Assembly (NCBI GenBank): GCA_052168235.1 | Contig: JBQLZK010000020.1 | Span: forward strand, 22,036-86,035 | Reading direction: 5' to 3' | Source: Thainema sp. | GTDB lineage: Bacteria > Cyanobacteriota > Cyanobacteriia > Phormidesmidales > Phormidesmidaceae | Length of the DNA stretch: 64,000 nt | Shown: positions 1-10,566 of the stretch, piece by piece | Position numbering within the stretch: the first letter of the stretch is position 1 | How the letters are laid out: each line of letters opens with the position of its first letter | Made by a program: the position numbers and the translations under genes | The notes under the pieces: model-generated | Told to the model about the DNA's origin: nothing | Seen by the model: only the letters and a program-made list of their open reading frames with translations | Databases searched by the model: none

Positions 1-590
1 CTGCAGAAATTAATGGCAGCACGCTGGTCTTAACCTACAACGAAGCTCTAGATGGTCTATCTGATCCATCTGGAACGGCCTTCACTGTCAATGTTAATGG
101 TTCTCCTGTGACGGTGAGTTCAGCAAACGCGAACGGCTCCACTGTTACTCTGACCCTATCGTCTGCTGTACAGCCGTCAGATACCGTCACGGTTAACTAC
201 ACGGTTCCTGGAACCAACCCCATCCAAGATACGGCTGGCAATGATGCAGGTTCTTTCTCCGGTCGCTCGGTTACTAATAATTCAACAGATACCCAGGCAC
301 CTGTTCTTCAGACTGCAGAAATTAATGGCAGCACGCTGGTCTTAACCTACAACGAAGCTCTAGATGGCCTATCTGATCCATCTGGAACAGCCTTTACTGT
401 TAATGTCAATGGCTCTCCTGTGACGGTGAGTTCAGCGAATGCGAACGGCTCCACTGTCACTCTGACTTTATCGTCTGCAGTTGTCAGTTCAGATACAGTT
501 ACGGTTAGCTACGCACCTCCTGGAACCAGCCCCATCCAAGACACGGCTGGCAATGATGCAGGTTCTTTCTCTGGTCGATCTGTTGACAAC
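1..590 (+). repeat. 312-bp-period near-identical tandem repeat encoding SwmB-like domains
   Basis: ctgcagaaattaatggcagcacgctggtc occurs at 1 and 313, and similarity continues for ~280 bp. Confidence 0.9.
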
Positions 591-1673
591 TTCACTGCCA
601 ATATCTCTCCAGTATTTACCTCAGCAGCCAATCCATCAGTCATTGAGAATTCGACGACTGTTACAACCGTTGTTGCAACTGACGCAGATGGTGACACATT
701 AAGCTATTTCATTGCTGGTGGCGTCGATGCGGCTCTCTTCTCCATTGACGAGAACACTGGAGAGCTCAGCTTTGCGACTGCTCCTGACTTCGAGATACCG
801 GGCGATAATGGTGGTGACAACGTATACAACGTTTCCGTCACTGTTAGTGATGGAAATGAAGGTGGCTCTGTCACTCAAGACCTATCGATTTCGGTTGTTG
901 ATGCGAGCAACGGAGTGACCGATTTCGATAATGATAATCGTCCCGACATCGTTTGGCGGAGAGCTAGCACTGGACAAACCAACATTTGGTTTACCGACGG
1001 TCAAAAGAAACTGGGTGGTGGCCCTGCTGGTGATACGGTTTCCAACCCTGACTGGACTACCGTTGGCGTGGGTGACTTTGACAAAGACGGCAAGCGAGAT
1101 GACATTATCTGGCGCAACACGGCAGATGGCCGTAACACCGTTTGGTTTATGGATGGGATTAACAAAGTTGGCAGCATGGCGCTTGATCCTGTCACCAATA
1201 CCGATTGGCAAATTCAGGGAGTGGGTGACTTTGACCATCGCGATTATACAGATGACATTGTTTGGCGTAATCAGTCCACTGGTAAGACCATCGTCTGGAC
1301 CATGGATGGTACGACAAAAACAGGTACTGTTGACTTTGGCACAGTCAGTACCGATTGGCGAGTACAAGGTGTGGGTGACTTTGAGGCCAACAACTTTGTT
1401 GACGATTTGGTTTGGCGCAACTATGCAACCGGCCAGAATGTGATTTGGACGACCGATGGACAGCAAAAGACTGGCAGCTTCACCCTTGATAACGCCCCGC
1501 TGAACTGGGAAATCGAAGGGGTTGGTGATCTAGATGGAGACGGCACTGTCGATGATTTGCTGTGGTATAACGAATCCACCTATAAAGCTGTTAGTTGGTT
1601 CATTGACAACGGAACAAGAGTCAATAGTTCTGTTGTTGAGGCATCTACAGCAGGGTGGGATGCAGTAATTTAG
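3..1673 (+). CDS. Large surface/secreted protein, 5'-truncated by the window: SwmB-like repeats, cadherin-like domain, C-terminal FG-GAP/VCBS-like repeats
   Basis: Frame is open from the window edge. Two ~104-aa repeats (AEINGSTLVLTYNEALD...IQDTAGNDA), a cadherin-like segment (ATDADGDTLSY...PDFE) and repeated GDFDxDxxxDIVWRN motifs. Confidence 0.8.
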   Translation, partial: AEINGSTLVLTYNEALDGLSDPSGTAFTVNVNGSPVTVSSANANGSTVTLTLSSAVQPSDTVTVNYTVPGTNPIQDTAGNDAGSFSGRSVTNNSTDTQAPVLQTAEINGSTLVLTYNEALDGLSDPSGTAFTVNVNGSPVTVSSANANGSTVTLTLSSAVVSSDTVTVSYAPPGTSPIQDTAGNDAGSFSGRSVDNFTANISPVFTSAANPSVIENSTTVTTVVATDADGDTLSYFIAGGVDAALFSIDENTGELSFATAPDFEIPGDNGGDNVYNVSVTVSDGNEGGSVTQDLSISVVDASNGVTDFDNDNRPDIVWRRASTGQTNIWFTDGQKKLGGGPAGDTVSNPDWTTVGVGDFDKDGKRDDIIWRNTADGRNTVWFMDGINKVGSMALDPVTNTDWQIQGVGDFDHRDYTDDIVWRNQSTGKTIVWTMDGTTKTGTVDFGTVSTDWRVQGVGDFEANNFVDDLVWRNYATGQNVIWTTDGQQKTGSFTLDNAPLNWEIEGVGDLDGDGTVDDLLWYNESTYKAVSWFIDNGTRVNSSVVEASTAGWDAVI

Positions 1674-1712
1674 CGCCAACTGCATAATGCTCTACTAAAC
1701 TTCAAAAAGTAA

Positions 1713-1747
1713 GCGAAGGGGGTTGGCTTTACGCCAACCCCCTTCGC
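1713..1747. terminator. 15-bp-stem hairpin between convergent genes, probable bidirectional terminator
   Basis: gcgaagggggttggc-tttac-gccaacccccttcgc. Confidence 0.6.
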
Positions 1748-1768
1748 CCTTAGGAAATTTTGGAAATT

Positions 1769-2353
1769 TCAGTTCCGAAAATAGTCAGGTTCGTTGCCCG
1801 GTGTCCATTTGATGTTGCAGCCAATGCTGGGTTTTTGGTCTGCGGGTAAGGAGTCGCCAGCCAGGACAGCTGCGATCGCACCTCTCAAATCTTTACCATT
1901 CACTGGCTTATCATTGCCGGGACGACTGTCGTCCAGTTGGCCTCGATACACCAGCTTCATATCACCATCAAAAAGGAAGAAGTCCGGCGTGCAGGCAGCG
2001 GTGTAGGCTTTAGCGACTTCCTGGGTTTCGTCGTAGCAGAAGGGAAAGTTAAAGCCCAAGGTTTCCGCCATTTGCTTCAGATGTTCCGGGCTGTCCTGAG
2101 GATGAGTTTGGACACTATTGGCGCTAATCGCGACGATGCCAACGTTTTGGGGTACATAATCCTGGCCAATCCGAGCCAGTTCATCCTGCACGTGTTTCAC
2201 AAACGGACAGTGTTGACAGATAAACATCATCAGTAGCGCCGACTTGTCCTTAAAATCGGCCAGTGAAACGGTTTCGCCTGAAACAACATCCGGCAGCTGA
2301 AAGTCGGGCGCGGAAGTGCCAAGTTCCAGCATGGTGGAAGCGGTTTTGACCAT
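1769..2353 (-). CDS. Thioredoxin-like AhpC/TSA family protein
   Basis: APDFQLPD, CQHCPFV (CxxC), AACTPDFFLFD, SIGCNIKW. Confidence 0.9.
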   Translation of the reverse strand: MVKTASTMLELGTSAPDFQLPDVVSGETVSLADFKDKSALLMMFICQHCPFVKHVQDELARIGQDYVPQNVGIVAISANSVQTHPQDSPEHLKQMAETLGFNFPFCYDETQEVAKAYTAACTPDFFLFDGDMKLVYRGQLDDSRPGNDKPVNGKDLRGAIAAVLAGDSLPADQKPSIGCNIKWTPGNEPDYFRN

Positions 2354-2373
2354 CGTTAAACCTCCTGTGATTG

Positions 2374-2475
2374 TATGAAATCCGGTTGAAAACCCATGAA
2401 TTTATTTTTTGCGAAACGCTCGCGAAGCGAGCGTTTCGCAAAAAATAAATTGGGTTCTTATACGCGGATTTGATA
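2374..2475 (+). mobile_element. ~102-bp MITE-like element, family A, copy 1 (internal 25-bp-arm hairpin)
   Basis: Ends tatgaaatccg/cggatttgata form imperfect inverted repeats. Internal perfect palindrome 2399-2451. Homologous to 37325-37426 and 38721-38822. Confidence 0.75.
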
Positions 2476-2601
2476 TTACCTGGAGATATCGTAGTACTGA
2501 TACGGGTGGTTCTGCACAAAACCCTAAAAGAGAGGGTCGCCACGCCGCGGTGCCCCTCTCTTTTGAGTTTCGGAAGCTATGAAATCCGCGATCGCAACCC
2601 C

Positions 2602-2630
2602 GTAGGATAGCCGAGACGGCTATCCCTAAC
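2602..2630 (+). repeat. GTAG-tagged REP-like palindrome (gtaggatagccgagacggctatcc)
   Basis: Related copies at 14967-14988 and 60855-60878. Confidence 0.7.
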
Positions 2631-2642
2631 CAATTTCTCCAC

Positions 2643-3575
2643 CTACGAAATCCGCGATCGCAACAAAGCTGACGGTAAATACAGCGCTTTGCGCCAGTCT
2701 GATACGTAGGCTCGTTCTGTAAACACGTCGTAGCCGTTGCGCTCAATCTGGTCGAGAATGCCGCGATAGAGCATCAGCGCCGCCCAGACGGGCCAGCGAG
2801 CATCGGGACTCAAGGATTTGATGCCGCGTTCCGCCTCATGGAAGCAGTCTCGCGCTCGCTGAATCTCAAACTGCATCAGCGCCTGCCAGCGGTCGTCAAT
2901 TACCCCTTTCATCAAGTCCTGCTCGGTGTAATTGAACCGCTCCAAGTCTTCGAGCGGCAGATAAATGCGACCGCGACGGGTATCTTCACCGACATCGCGC
3001 AAAATATTCGTGAGCTGATTGGCAATCCCAAGTGCGATCGCTTCTTCAACGGGCGATTCAATCTCTTGGTAGCAGTTCCAGGGAGCCGTGTACTGTTGCA
3101 GATCCATGCCCATAACCGCCGTGGACATCAGGCCCACCGTGCCTGCAACCCGGTAGCAGTACAGCTCTAGCTCCTCGTAAGTCTCATAGCGCGACCGATA
3201 TAGATCCATCCGCTGGCCCGCAATCATATCGCGAAAGGGCTGAATATCAATCGGGAAACGGCTGAGCGTATCGACTAACGCCACGTCTTCGTCAGCAACG
3301 GGATGTCCGGCAAACACCGACTCCAAATGCTGTTCCCATTGATCGAGTGTGTCATCAGTCGTAAACTTCGCCTGTGGCCCATCCACAAGTTCATCTGTGC
3401 GACGACACCAGACATAAATGGCCCAGATGGCACGACGTTTTTCTTCGGACATCAACATCGTGCCCAAATAAAAGGTCTTCGAGTACTTTGCCGTAATTTG
3501 ACGGCAAAGCTCATAGGATTGCTCTAGAGAGGCTAGAGTCGTGGGCTTGGATGGAGAGTCAGGCAATTGCAGCAT
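2643..3575 (-). CDS. crtB: Phytoene synthase
   Basis: YSKTFYLGT, WCRRTDELVD, NQLTNILRDVGED; downstream of pds. Confidence 0.96.
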   Translation of the reverse strand: MLQLPDSPSKPTTLASLEQSYELCRQITAKYSKTFYLGTMLMSEEKRRAIWAIYVWCRRTDELVDGPQAKFTTDDTLDQWEQHLESVFAGHPVADEDVALVDTLSRFPIDIQPFRDMIAGQRMDLYRSRYETYEELELYCYRVAGTVGLMSTAVMGMDLQQYTAPWNCYQEIESPVEEAIALGIANQLTNILRDVGEDTRRGRIYLPLEDLERFNYTEQDLMKGVIDDRWQALMQFEIQRARDCFHEAERGIKSLSPDARWPVWAALMLYRGILDQIERNGYDVFTERAYVSDWRKALYLPSALLRSRIS

Positions 3576-3704
3576 GAAGACAGCAGACGGGCAGATTAAC
3601 GTTGATGCAAAAAACGGTCAGCGATCTGCTTTTAGAGTACGACGCAATGGATGCAAAGCAGGAATTTAGCGCAAAAATTACCCTAATTTCCTTCAATCAG
3701 CATA

Positions 3705-5144
<1,440 letters not shown>

Positions 5145-5743
5145 CTACGCTGCATGATCATTCTTTTTCGATTTTCATTATAGTTTGCAAAGCGTTACAT
5201 TTTGAGGACGACTTTTCATCAATCGGTTTTTCCAACAAAAAGTTGGCGACCCTGGCTGACAAATTTCGCAATTCACTGATGAGTTAGATACAGTGCAGGG
5301 AAAACCGCAAGATAGAATGGATCAAGGGAAAGCTAAAGGTTGTATACAGCGCTAGACCGAATCTGTATTAATCTGTCGTTAACAAGCGGTTTCATCAATA
5401 TCCTGATGCCGATGAGATTTCCTTATGTGAGATTTCATCGCTTCGGTCTGCCAGTAGGATAGGCGTTCTACAAGACGAAGGAATCGGATCGCGAGGGAAG
5501 CCTTTTTTTATCGTTTTCCATCAAAGTTAATCACGATGGTCAGTCCTTAAGTCATAACTGAGTCACAACAGAATCACAGCAATTGCTATATAACCTGTTC
5601 ACGAGCATCAAGAGCAATACTGTTTATTTATCACTGAATCCCAGTGATTAAGTATTTATTCTTATGCTTTAACCCAGTAGGATGACTAAGAGTCAAGCCG
5701 TTCAGCGCTGAAGAGTACGTCAAACGAGGAGAAGCCTAATCGC

Positions 5744-8700
5744 ATGGGCAAGGTAGTCGGAATCGATTTGGGGACAACCAACTCCGTTGTAGCCGTAATG
5801 GAAGGCGGAAAGCCCGTTGTGATCGCCAATGCGGAAGGAATGCGAACAACCCCATCGGTGGTGGCCTTCAGCAAAGAGGGAGAACGGCTCGTGGGCCAAA
5901 TGGCCCGGCGGCAGGCGGTTTTGAACCCCCAAAACACGTTTTATGGTATTAAGCGGTTCATGGGACGGCGCTACGCTGAACTTGCACCGGAATCGAAGCG
6001 CGTACCCTACACGATTCGCCGCGATGAGGCGGGCAGTATTCGCATCCGCTGTCCTCGCTTGGAAAAAGACTTTGTGCCAGAAGAACTTTCGTCGATGATT
6101 CTGCGCAAGCTGGCGGATGAAGCGAGCCGCTATTTGGGGCAGCCCGTGACGGGAGCAGTCATCACCGTCCCCGCCTATTTCAACGACGCGCAGCGACAGG
6201 CCACCCGCGACGCCGGACGAATTGCCGGATTAGACATCAAGCGGATCATTAACGAACCCACCGCAGCCGCTTTGGCGTACGGACTCGATCGGCGACGCAG
6301 CGAAACGGTATTGGTTTTTGACCTGGGTGGCGGCACATTTGACGTTTCGATACTCGACATTAATGAGGGTGTATTTGAAGTCCGGGCCACCAGTGGTGAC
6401 ACGCAACTGGGCGGCAATGACTTCGACAAGAAAATCGTCAACTGGCTGGCTGAAACGTTCTTAGCCAAAGAAGGCATCGATCTGCGCCGCGATCGCCAAG
6501 CCCTCCAGCGACTGACTGAAGCGGCAGAAAAGGCCAAAATTGAGCTGTCTAATACCGAAACCACCGAGATCAACCTGCCGTTCATCACCGCATCTCCAGA
6601 AGGGCCAAAGCATATTGAAACTCGCCTGACTCGGCAAGAGTTCGAAGGACTATGCGGCGATTTGCTGAGCCGGATTCAGCTCCCCGTCAAACAAGCGATC
6701 GCAGATTCAGGCATTCCCCCTTCCCGCGTTAATGAAGTGGTGCTGGTCGGTGGTGGTAGCCGGATGCCGATGGTGCAGGCTGTAGTGCGATCGCTAATTG
6801 GTATTAATCCCACGCAGACGGTTAACCCTGACGAAGCCGTTGCGGTCGGGGCGGCAATTCAGGCTGGCATTCTCAATCAGGAAGTACAAGACATTCTGCT
6901 GCTGGATGTCACGCCGCTGTCTATTGGTCTGGAGACTATCGGTGGCGTCACCAAAAAGCTGATTCCGCGCAATACGACAATTCCGGTGCGGCGCTCTGAT
7001 ATTTTCTCCACCTCGGAAAATAATCAAACGATGGTGGAAGTTCACGTCGTCCAGGGCGAGCGGGAAATGGCGCGGGATAACAAGTCCCTGGGTCGGTTCA
7101 AGCTGATGGGAATTCCGCCTGCGCCGCGCGGTGTGCCGCAAGTGCTGGTGTCGTTTGATATTGACGCTAATGGGATTCTGCAAGTCTCAGCGCTGGATAA
7201 AGCAACGGGGCGCGAGCAGGGCATCACTGTCCAAGGCGCATCGTCCCTCTCCGATGATGAAATTGAGCGGATGATTCGGGATGCGGAGCAGTACGCCGAT
7301 GAAGACCGCTTCCAGCGGGAGCAGATTGAAAAGCGCAATCGAGCCGAGGCGATGACGTTTCAGGCCGAGCGGCTGCTGCGGGAAGTGGCGCTCGACTTTG
7401 GCATGCAGTTTGCCAGCACTCGCCGTCGCCAGATCGAGTCGCTGGTGCGCGAACTGCGGGAATCGCTGGAGCGGGATGACGAGCGCGGCATTGACATTGC
7501 CCAAGCTGACCTGCAAGACGCCATGTACGAACTGCGTCGGGAAGCCTATTTCTATGAAGACGAGGATGACGACTTCTTTGGTGCGATTCGCCGTACTCTA
7601 ACGGGCGAGAAGGAACCGGATTTGGGCTATCAGGATACATGGGATTATTCCAGCCCAACGGGTGGCTACGGGCGCAGCGGTAGCTATGGTCAACCGAGTT
7701 ACGGTCAGCCTGGTTATAGCCAGCCCGGTTATGGTCAAAGCGGCTACGGTCAATCGGGTTATGGTCAGTCCGGTTACGGTCAAAGTAATTACGGTCAAAG
7801 TGGTACAGATCGCCCCAGCTATGGTCAAAGCGGTTATAGCCAACCAGACTACGGTAAGCCCAGCTACGGTCAGAGCGGTTCTTCCCCGGCTGACGACTGG
7901 ACTCAGCCCCAGCAGCGTCCGGCTTATGGCTCAGATCCCTACGCTCCGCGTGACTATGGCACCCAACCGAGTCGTCCCGATCCCTATGCGCCTGATGCCA
8001 GCCGTTCGAGTGGGCAGCGGGATGACTGGTCACAGGACTATGGCTCAACTAACTCAACTAATCGCTACGGCACCGATCGCGATCGCAACGATCCCTATCG
8101 GATGGATGTGTATGGTCAACCCACCGATAATCGCTCTCGCGGTGTAGAGCCTCAGCCAACCAATCAACCCAATGGCGGATGGAGCCAACCGCCTGCCCCT
8201 ACTGAGCCAAATTACAATCAGTCTCCTTCAGGCCGCGATACCTACGGTCAAGGCCGATATGATCAGGACACTTACGGCCAAGATAGATACGGTCAAGGCC
8301 CAACCGCTCGTGGTGATGCGCGGGGCGATGCTCGTCGTGATGCTTATCCTCCAGCTTCAGAGCCAAGCCAAGGCCGTTCTCAGAATCGCCCTCAAAATCG
8401 TTCTGATGCGCCTCCTGAGCGCCGTGATACATACGGCCCAGAAGATGCAGGTTATGCCGCTGGCGAGAGCCGCGATCGCAACTCCTTCAATCGAACTCCA
8501 CAGGCTGACACCTCTGCTGGGGACGATGACTGGCAAAACGAAGACTACTGGGCCGATTCTCAACCGGAAACGCCTCAGGCTTCAGCCAGTGCAGCCAATG
8601 GTCGGGATGTGAATTTCAACCGCGATCGCAACGGCGAAGGTCAACCCTCATCGGTCGCACCGGAATCTCCAGATGAAGGAACTCGCAGCCCATCTGAATC

Positions 8701-9250
8701 CACGGATTACGGTTGGGATAACGAGCAAACTAGACAAACCGAGCGTGACTGGGATAAGCGCGATCGCAACAGCCGTAGCTCTTATGATCGCGGCAATGCG
8801 GACTACGGTTCACCCGAATCTTATCCACCCCAGCGGCCTCAGCGAGAGGAAGGGCCACGCGATGCCTATAGCCGTGATCAGTACGGACGCGACGAGTATG
8901 GGCGCGATGCTTACGACCGGAACACCTACGATCGCAATGCAAACGGGCGTGATGCCTACAGTCGCGATGAGTATCGCGATGATGCCTACAGCCGCGATAC
9001 CTATAGTCGTGACGCCTATGGCTCTGAACCGTATCAGACCGAGCGCTATGATGCCAGCCGCTATGGACGGGAAAGCTATGGAACAGGGTTAGGCCAGGGT
9101 GCTGATCCCGGTTATGGCCGATCAGAACCCACCCGCAATCCTGCGCCCTCTGCCTCTCGACGACCCGCTTCAGACCGCGATCCCTATGGGTATGGTCGCT
9201 ATGGGTATGATGATGAAGACTGGGGAGACGAAGACGAAAACTGGTTCTAA
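5744..9250 (+). CDS. dnaK: Hsp70 chaperone of the cyanobacterial DnaK3 type with a very long low-complexity C-terminal tail
   Basis: [19 protein letters not shown] and a complete substrate-binding domain. Acidic/Trp C-terminus ([10 protein letters not shown]) and an adjacent dnaJ fit the dnaK3-dnaJ arrangement. Confidence 0.93.
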   Translation: MGKVVGIDLGTTNSVVAVMEGGKPVVIANAEGMRTTPSVVAFSKEGERLVGQMARRQAVLNPQNTFYGIKRFMGRRYAELAPESKRVPYTIRRDEAGSIRIRCPRLEKDFVPEELSSMILRKLADEASRYLGQPVTGAVITVPAYFNDAQRQATRDAGRIAGLDIKRIINEPTAAALAYGLDRRRSETVLVFDLGGGTFDVSILDINEGVFEVRATSGDTQLGGNDFDKKIVNWLAETFLAKEGIDLRRDRQALQRLTEAAEKAKIELSNTETTEINLPFITASPEGPKHIETRLTRQEFEGLCGDLLSRIQLPVKQAIADSGIPPSRVNEVVLVGGGSRMPMVQAVVRSLIGINPTQTVNPDEAVAVGAAIQAGILNQEVQDILLLDVTPLSIGLETIGGVTKKLIPRNTTIPVRRSDIFSTSENNQTMVEVHVVQGEREMARDNKSLGRFKLMGIPPAPRGVPQVLVSFDIDANGILQVSALDKATGREQGITVQGASSLSDDEIERMIRDAEQYADEDRFQREQIEKRNRAEAMTFQAERLLREVALDFGMQFASTRRRQIESLVRELRESLERDDERGIDIAQADLQDAMYELRREAYFYEDEDDDFFGAIRRTLTGEKEPDLGYQDTWDYSSPTGGYGRSGSYGQPSYGQPGYSQPGYGQSGYGQSGYGQSGYGQSNYGQSGTDRPSYGQSGYSQPDYGKPSYGQSGSSPADDWTQPQQRPAYGSDPYAPRDYGTQPSRPDPYAPDASRSSGQRDDWSQDYGSTNSTNRYGTDRDRNDPYRMDVYGQPTDNRSRGVEPQPTNQPNGGWSQPPAPTEPNYNQSPSGRDTYGQGRYDQDTYGQDRYGQGPTARGDARGDARRDAYPPASEPSQGRSQNRPQNRSDAPPERRDTYGPEDAGYAAGESRDRNSFNRTPQADTSAGDDDWQNEDYWADSQPETPQASASAANGRDVNFNRDRNGEGQPSSVAPESPDEGTRSPSESTDYGWDNEQTRQTERDWDKRDRNSRSSYDRGNADYGSPESYPPQRPQREEGPRDAYSRDQYGRDEYGRDAYDRNTYDRNANGRDAYSRDEYRDDAYSRDTYSRDAYGSEPYQTERYDASRYGRESYGTGLGQGADPGYGRSEPTRNPAPSASRRPASDRDPYGYGRYGYDDEDWGDEDENWF

Positions 9251-9266
9251 AATCGTTCAACCGACC

Positions 9267-9287
9267 GTAGGGTGGGCACCGCCCACC
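9267..9287 (+). repeat. GTAG-tagged REP-like palindrome (gtagggtgggcaccgcccacc)
   Basis: Second copy in reverse orientation at 27601-27621. Confidence 0.7.
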
Positions 9288-9343
9288 ACACCCTGTTTCT
9301 TTCCCTAAATTTTTTGGCTCACTATCACGACGAATCGCCCTCT

Positions 9344-10312
9344 ATGGAAAACTTTCGGAACTACTATGAGATTCTGGGAGTTGCCAGCGATGCCAGTAGC
9401 GACGAGATTAAAAAGTCCTATCGCAGGCTAGCTCGGCAATATCATCCCGATTTAAATCCGGGAGACAAAGAGGCCGAAGAAAAGTTCAAAGAACTCGGTG
9501 AAGCCTACGAGATCCTCTCCGAGCCAGAAAAGCGATCGCAGTATGACCAGTTCAGCCAGTACTGGCAGCAGAATGGGTTTAAGGGAAGTACGACGACTAA
9601 GACGACGAAATCCTGGAGCCGCAGCCCTCGCCCTTCATCGGACTTTGATTTCAGCCAGTTTCCAGACTTCAACACGTTTGTCGATCAGCTTTTAAACCGT
9701 CAACAGGGCGGAAACACTGCGACTCGTACTGCACCGCGCCGAACCGCAACGGAAACCTATCGTCCTGAAACCAAAGCCACTGCTGCCAGAACCCCGACTC
9801 GCCGCGATGCGGAAGCCAAGCTTTCCCTACCGCTAGAAAAAGCCTATGCGGGTGGACGCGAGCGGATTCGGCTGGGTGATGGTCGCTCGATCGAGGTCAA
9901 CATGCCGCGCGGTATGGTTACGGGTCAGCGGATTCGGCTCAAAGGCCAAGGTGTGGCAGGTGGCGATTTATATCTGAAAATTAAGGTCGTTCCCCACGCT
10001 TTTTTCCAGCTCGATGGCGTTGATATCATCTGCCAGGTGCCCGTCACGCCAGCCGAGGCTGTGCTCGGTGGCCCGATTGAAGTGCCCACGCTCGACGGTT
10101 TGGTCAAAATGATGGTGCCGCCAGGGGTGCGTCCGGGACAGCGGCTTCGACTCGCAGGCAAAGGCTATCCTGCCGGACGAGAGCGGCGCGGCGATCAAAT
10201 CGTCGAAATTCAAATTGCCATTCCCGCTGACCTGAGCAATCAGGAGCGAGAGCTGTACGAGAAGTTGAGGGCGAGTGAAACGTTTGCGCCACGGGCTGAT
10301 TTGCCAGTTTAG
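9344..10312 (+). CDS. dnaJ: DnaJ-class co-chaperone without zinc finger (J domain plus DnaJ C-terminal domain)
   Basis: HPD motif (YHPDLNPGD) and C-terminal [18 protein letters not shown] 9344 preferred over the ORF-track start, which lies inside a REP. Confidence 0.9.
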   Translation: MENFRNYYEILGVASDASSDEIKKSYRRLARQYHPDLNPGDKEAEEKFKELGEAYEILSEPEKRSQYDQFSQYWQQNGFKGSTTTKTTKSWSRSPRPSSDFDFSQFPDFNTFVDQLLNRQQGGNTATRTAPRRTATETYRPETKATAARTPTRRDAEAKLSLPLEKAYAGGRERIRLGDGRSIEVNMPRGMVTGQRIRLKGQGVAGGDLYLKIKVVPHAFFQLDGVDIICQVPVTPAEAVLGGPIEVPTLDGLVKMMVPPGVRPGQRLRLAGKGYPAGRERRGDQIVEIQIAIPADLSNQERELYEKLRASETFAPRADLPV

Positions 10313-10314
10313 AG

Positions 10315-10441
10315 CAGAGTTGTTTCATTGTTGCCAAATAAACTTTAGAGTCACCATTTCAGGTATCTGGTAGGGGCGAATGGCCATTCGTCCCTACGTA
10401 ACGTTTATGTTTTTGGCTATTTTCGGTCTAAATGCAATCAT
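10315..10441 (+). mobile_element. MITE-like family B, degenerate copy with central GTAG REP (10370-10397)
   Basis: Left end cagagttgtttcat matches the family B terminal repeat. tctggtaggggcgaatggccattcgtccctacgtaacg is shared with 19373-19506. Confidence 0.65.
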
Positions 10442-10566
10442 CGTACTAATCTGCCAATTTAGAGGGCTGTAAAGGATTTGCAATTGATAAAAAATCTGTT
10501 CACGTATGCCATTTTCGCCATTTAGTCCTATCCTTAGAGCGAATCGTCGGATGACTCAGTAAGGCC

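Noticed and set aside
7660..7880. 15-bp periodic repeats resembling a CRISPR or VNTR array
   Set aside because: They are in-frame GYGQS codons of dnaK with synonymous variation; there are no spacers or cas genes.
7224..9260. Long alternative-frame and antisense ORFs inside the dnaK tail
   Set aside because: Expected shadows of repetitive low-complexity coding sequence.
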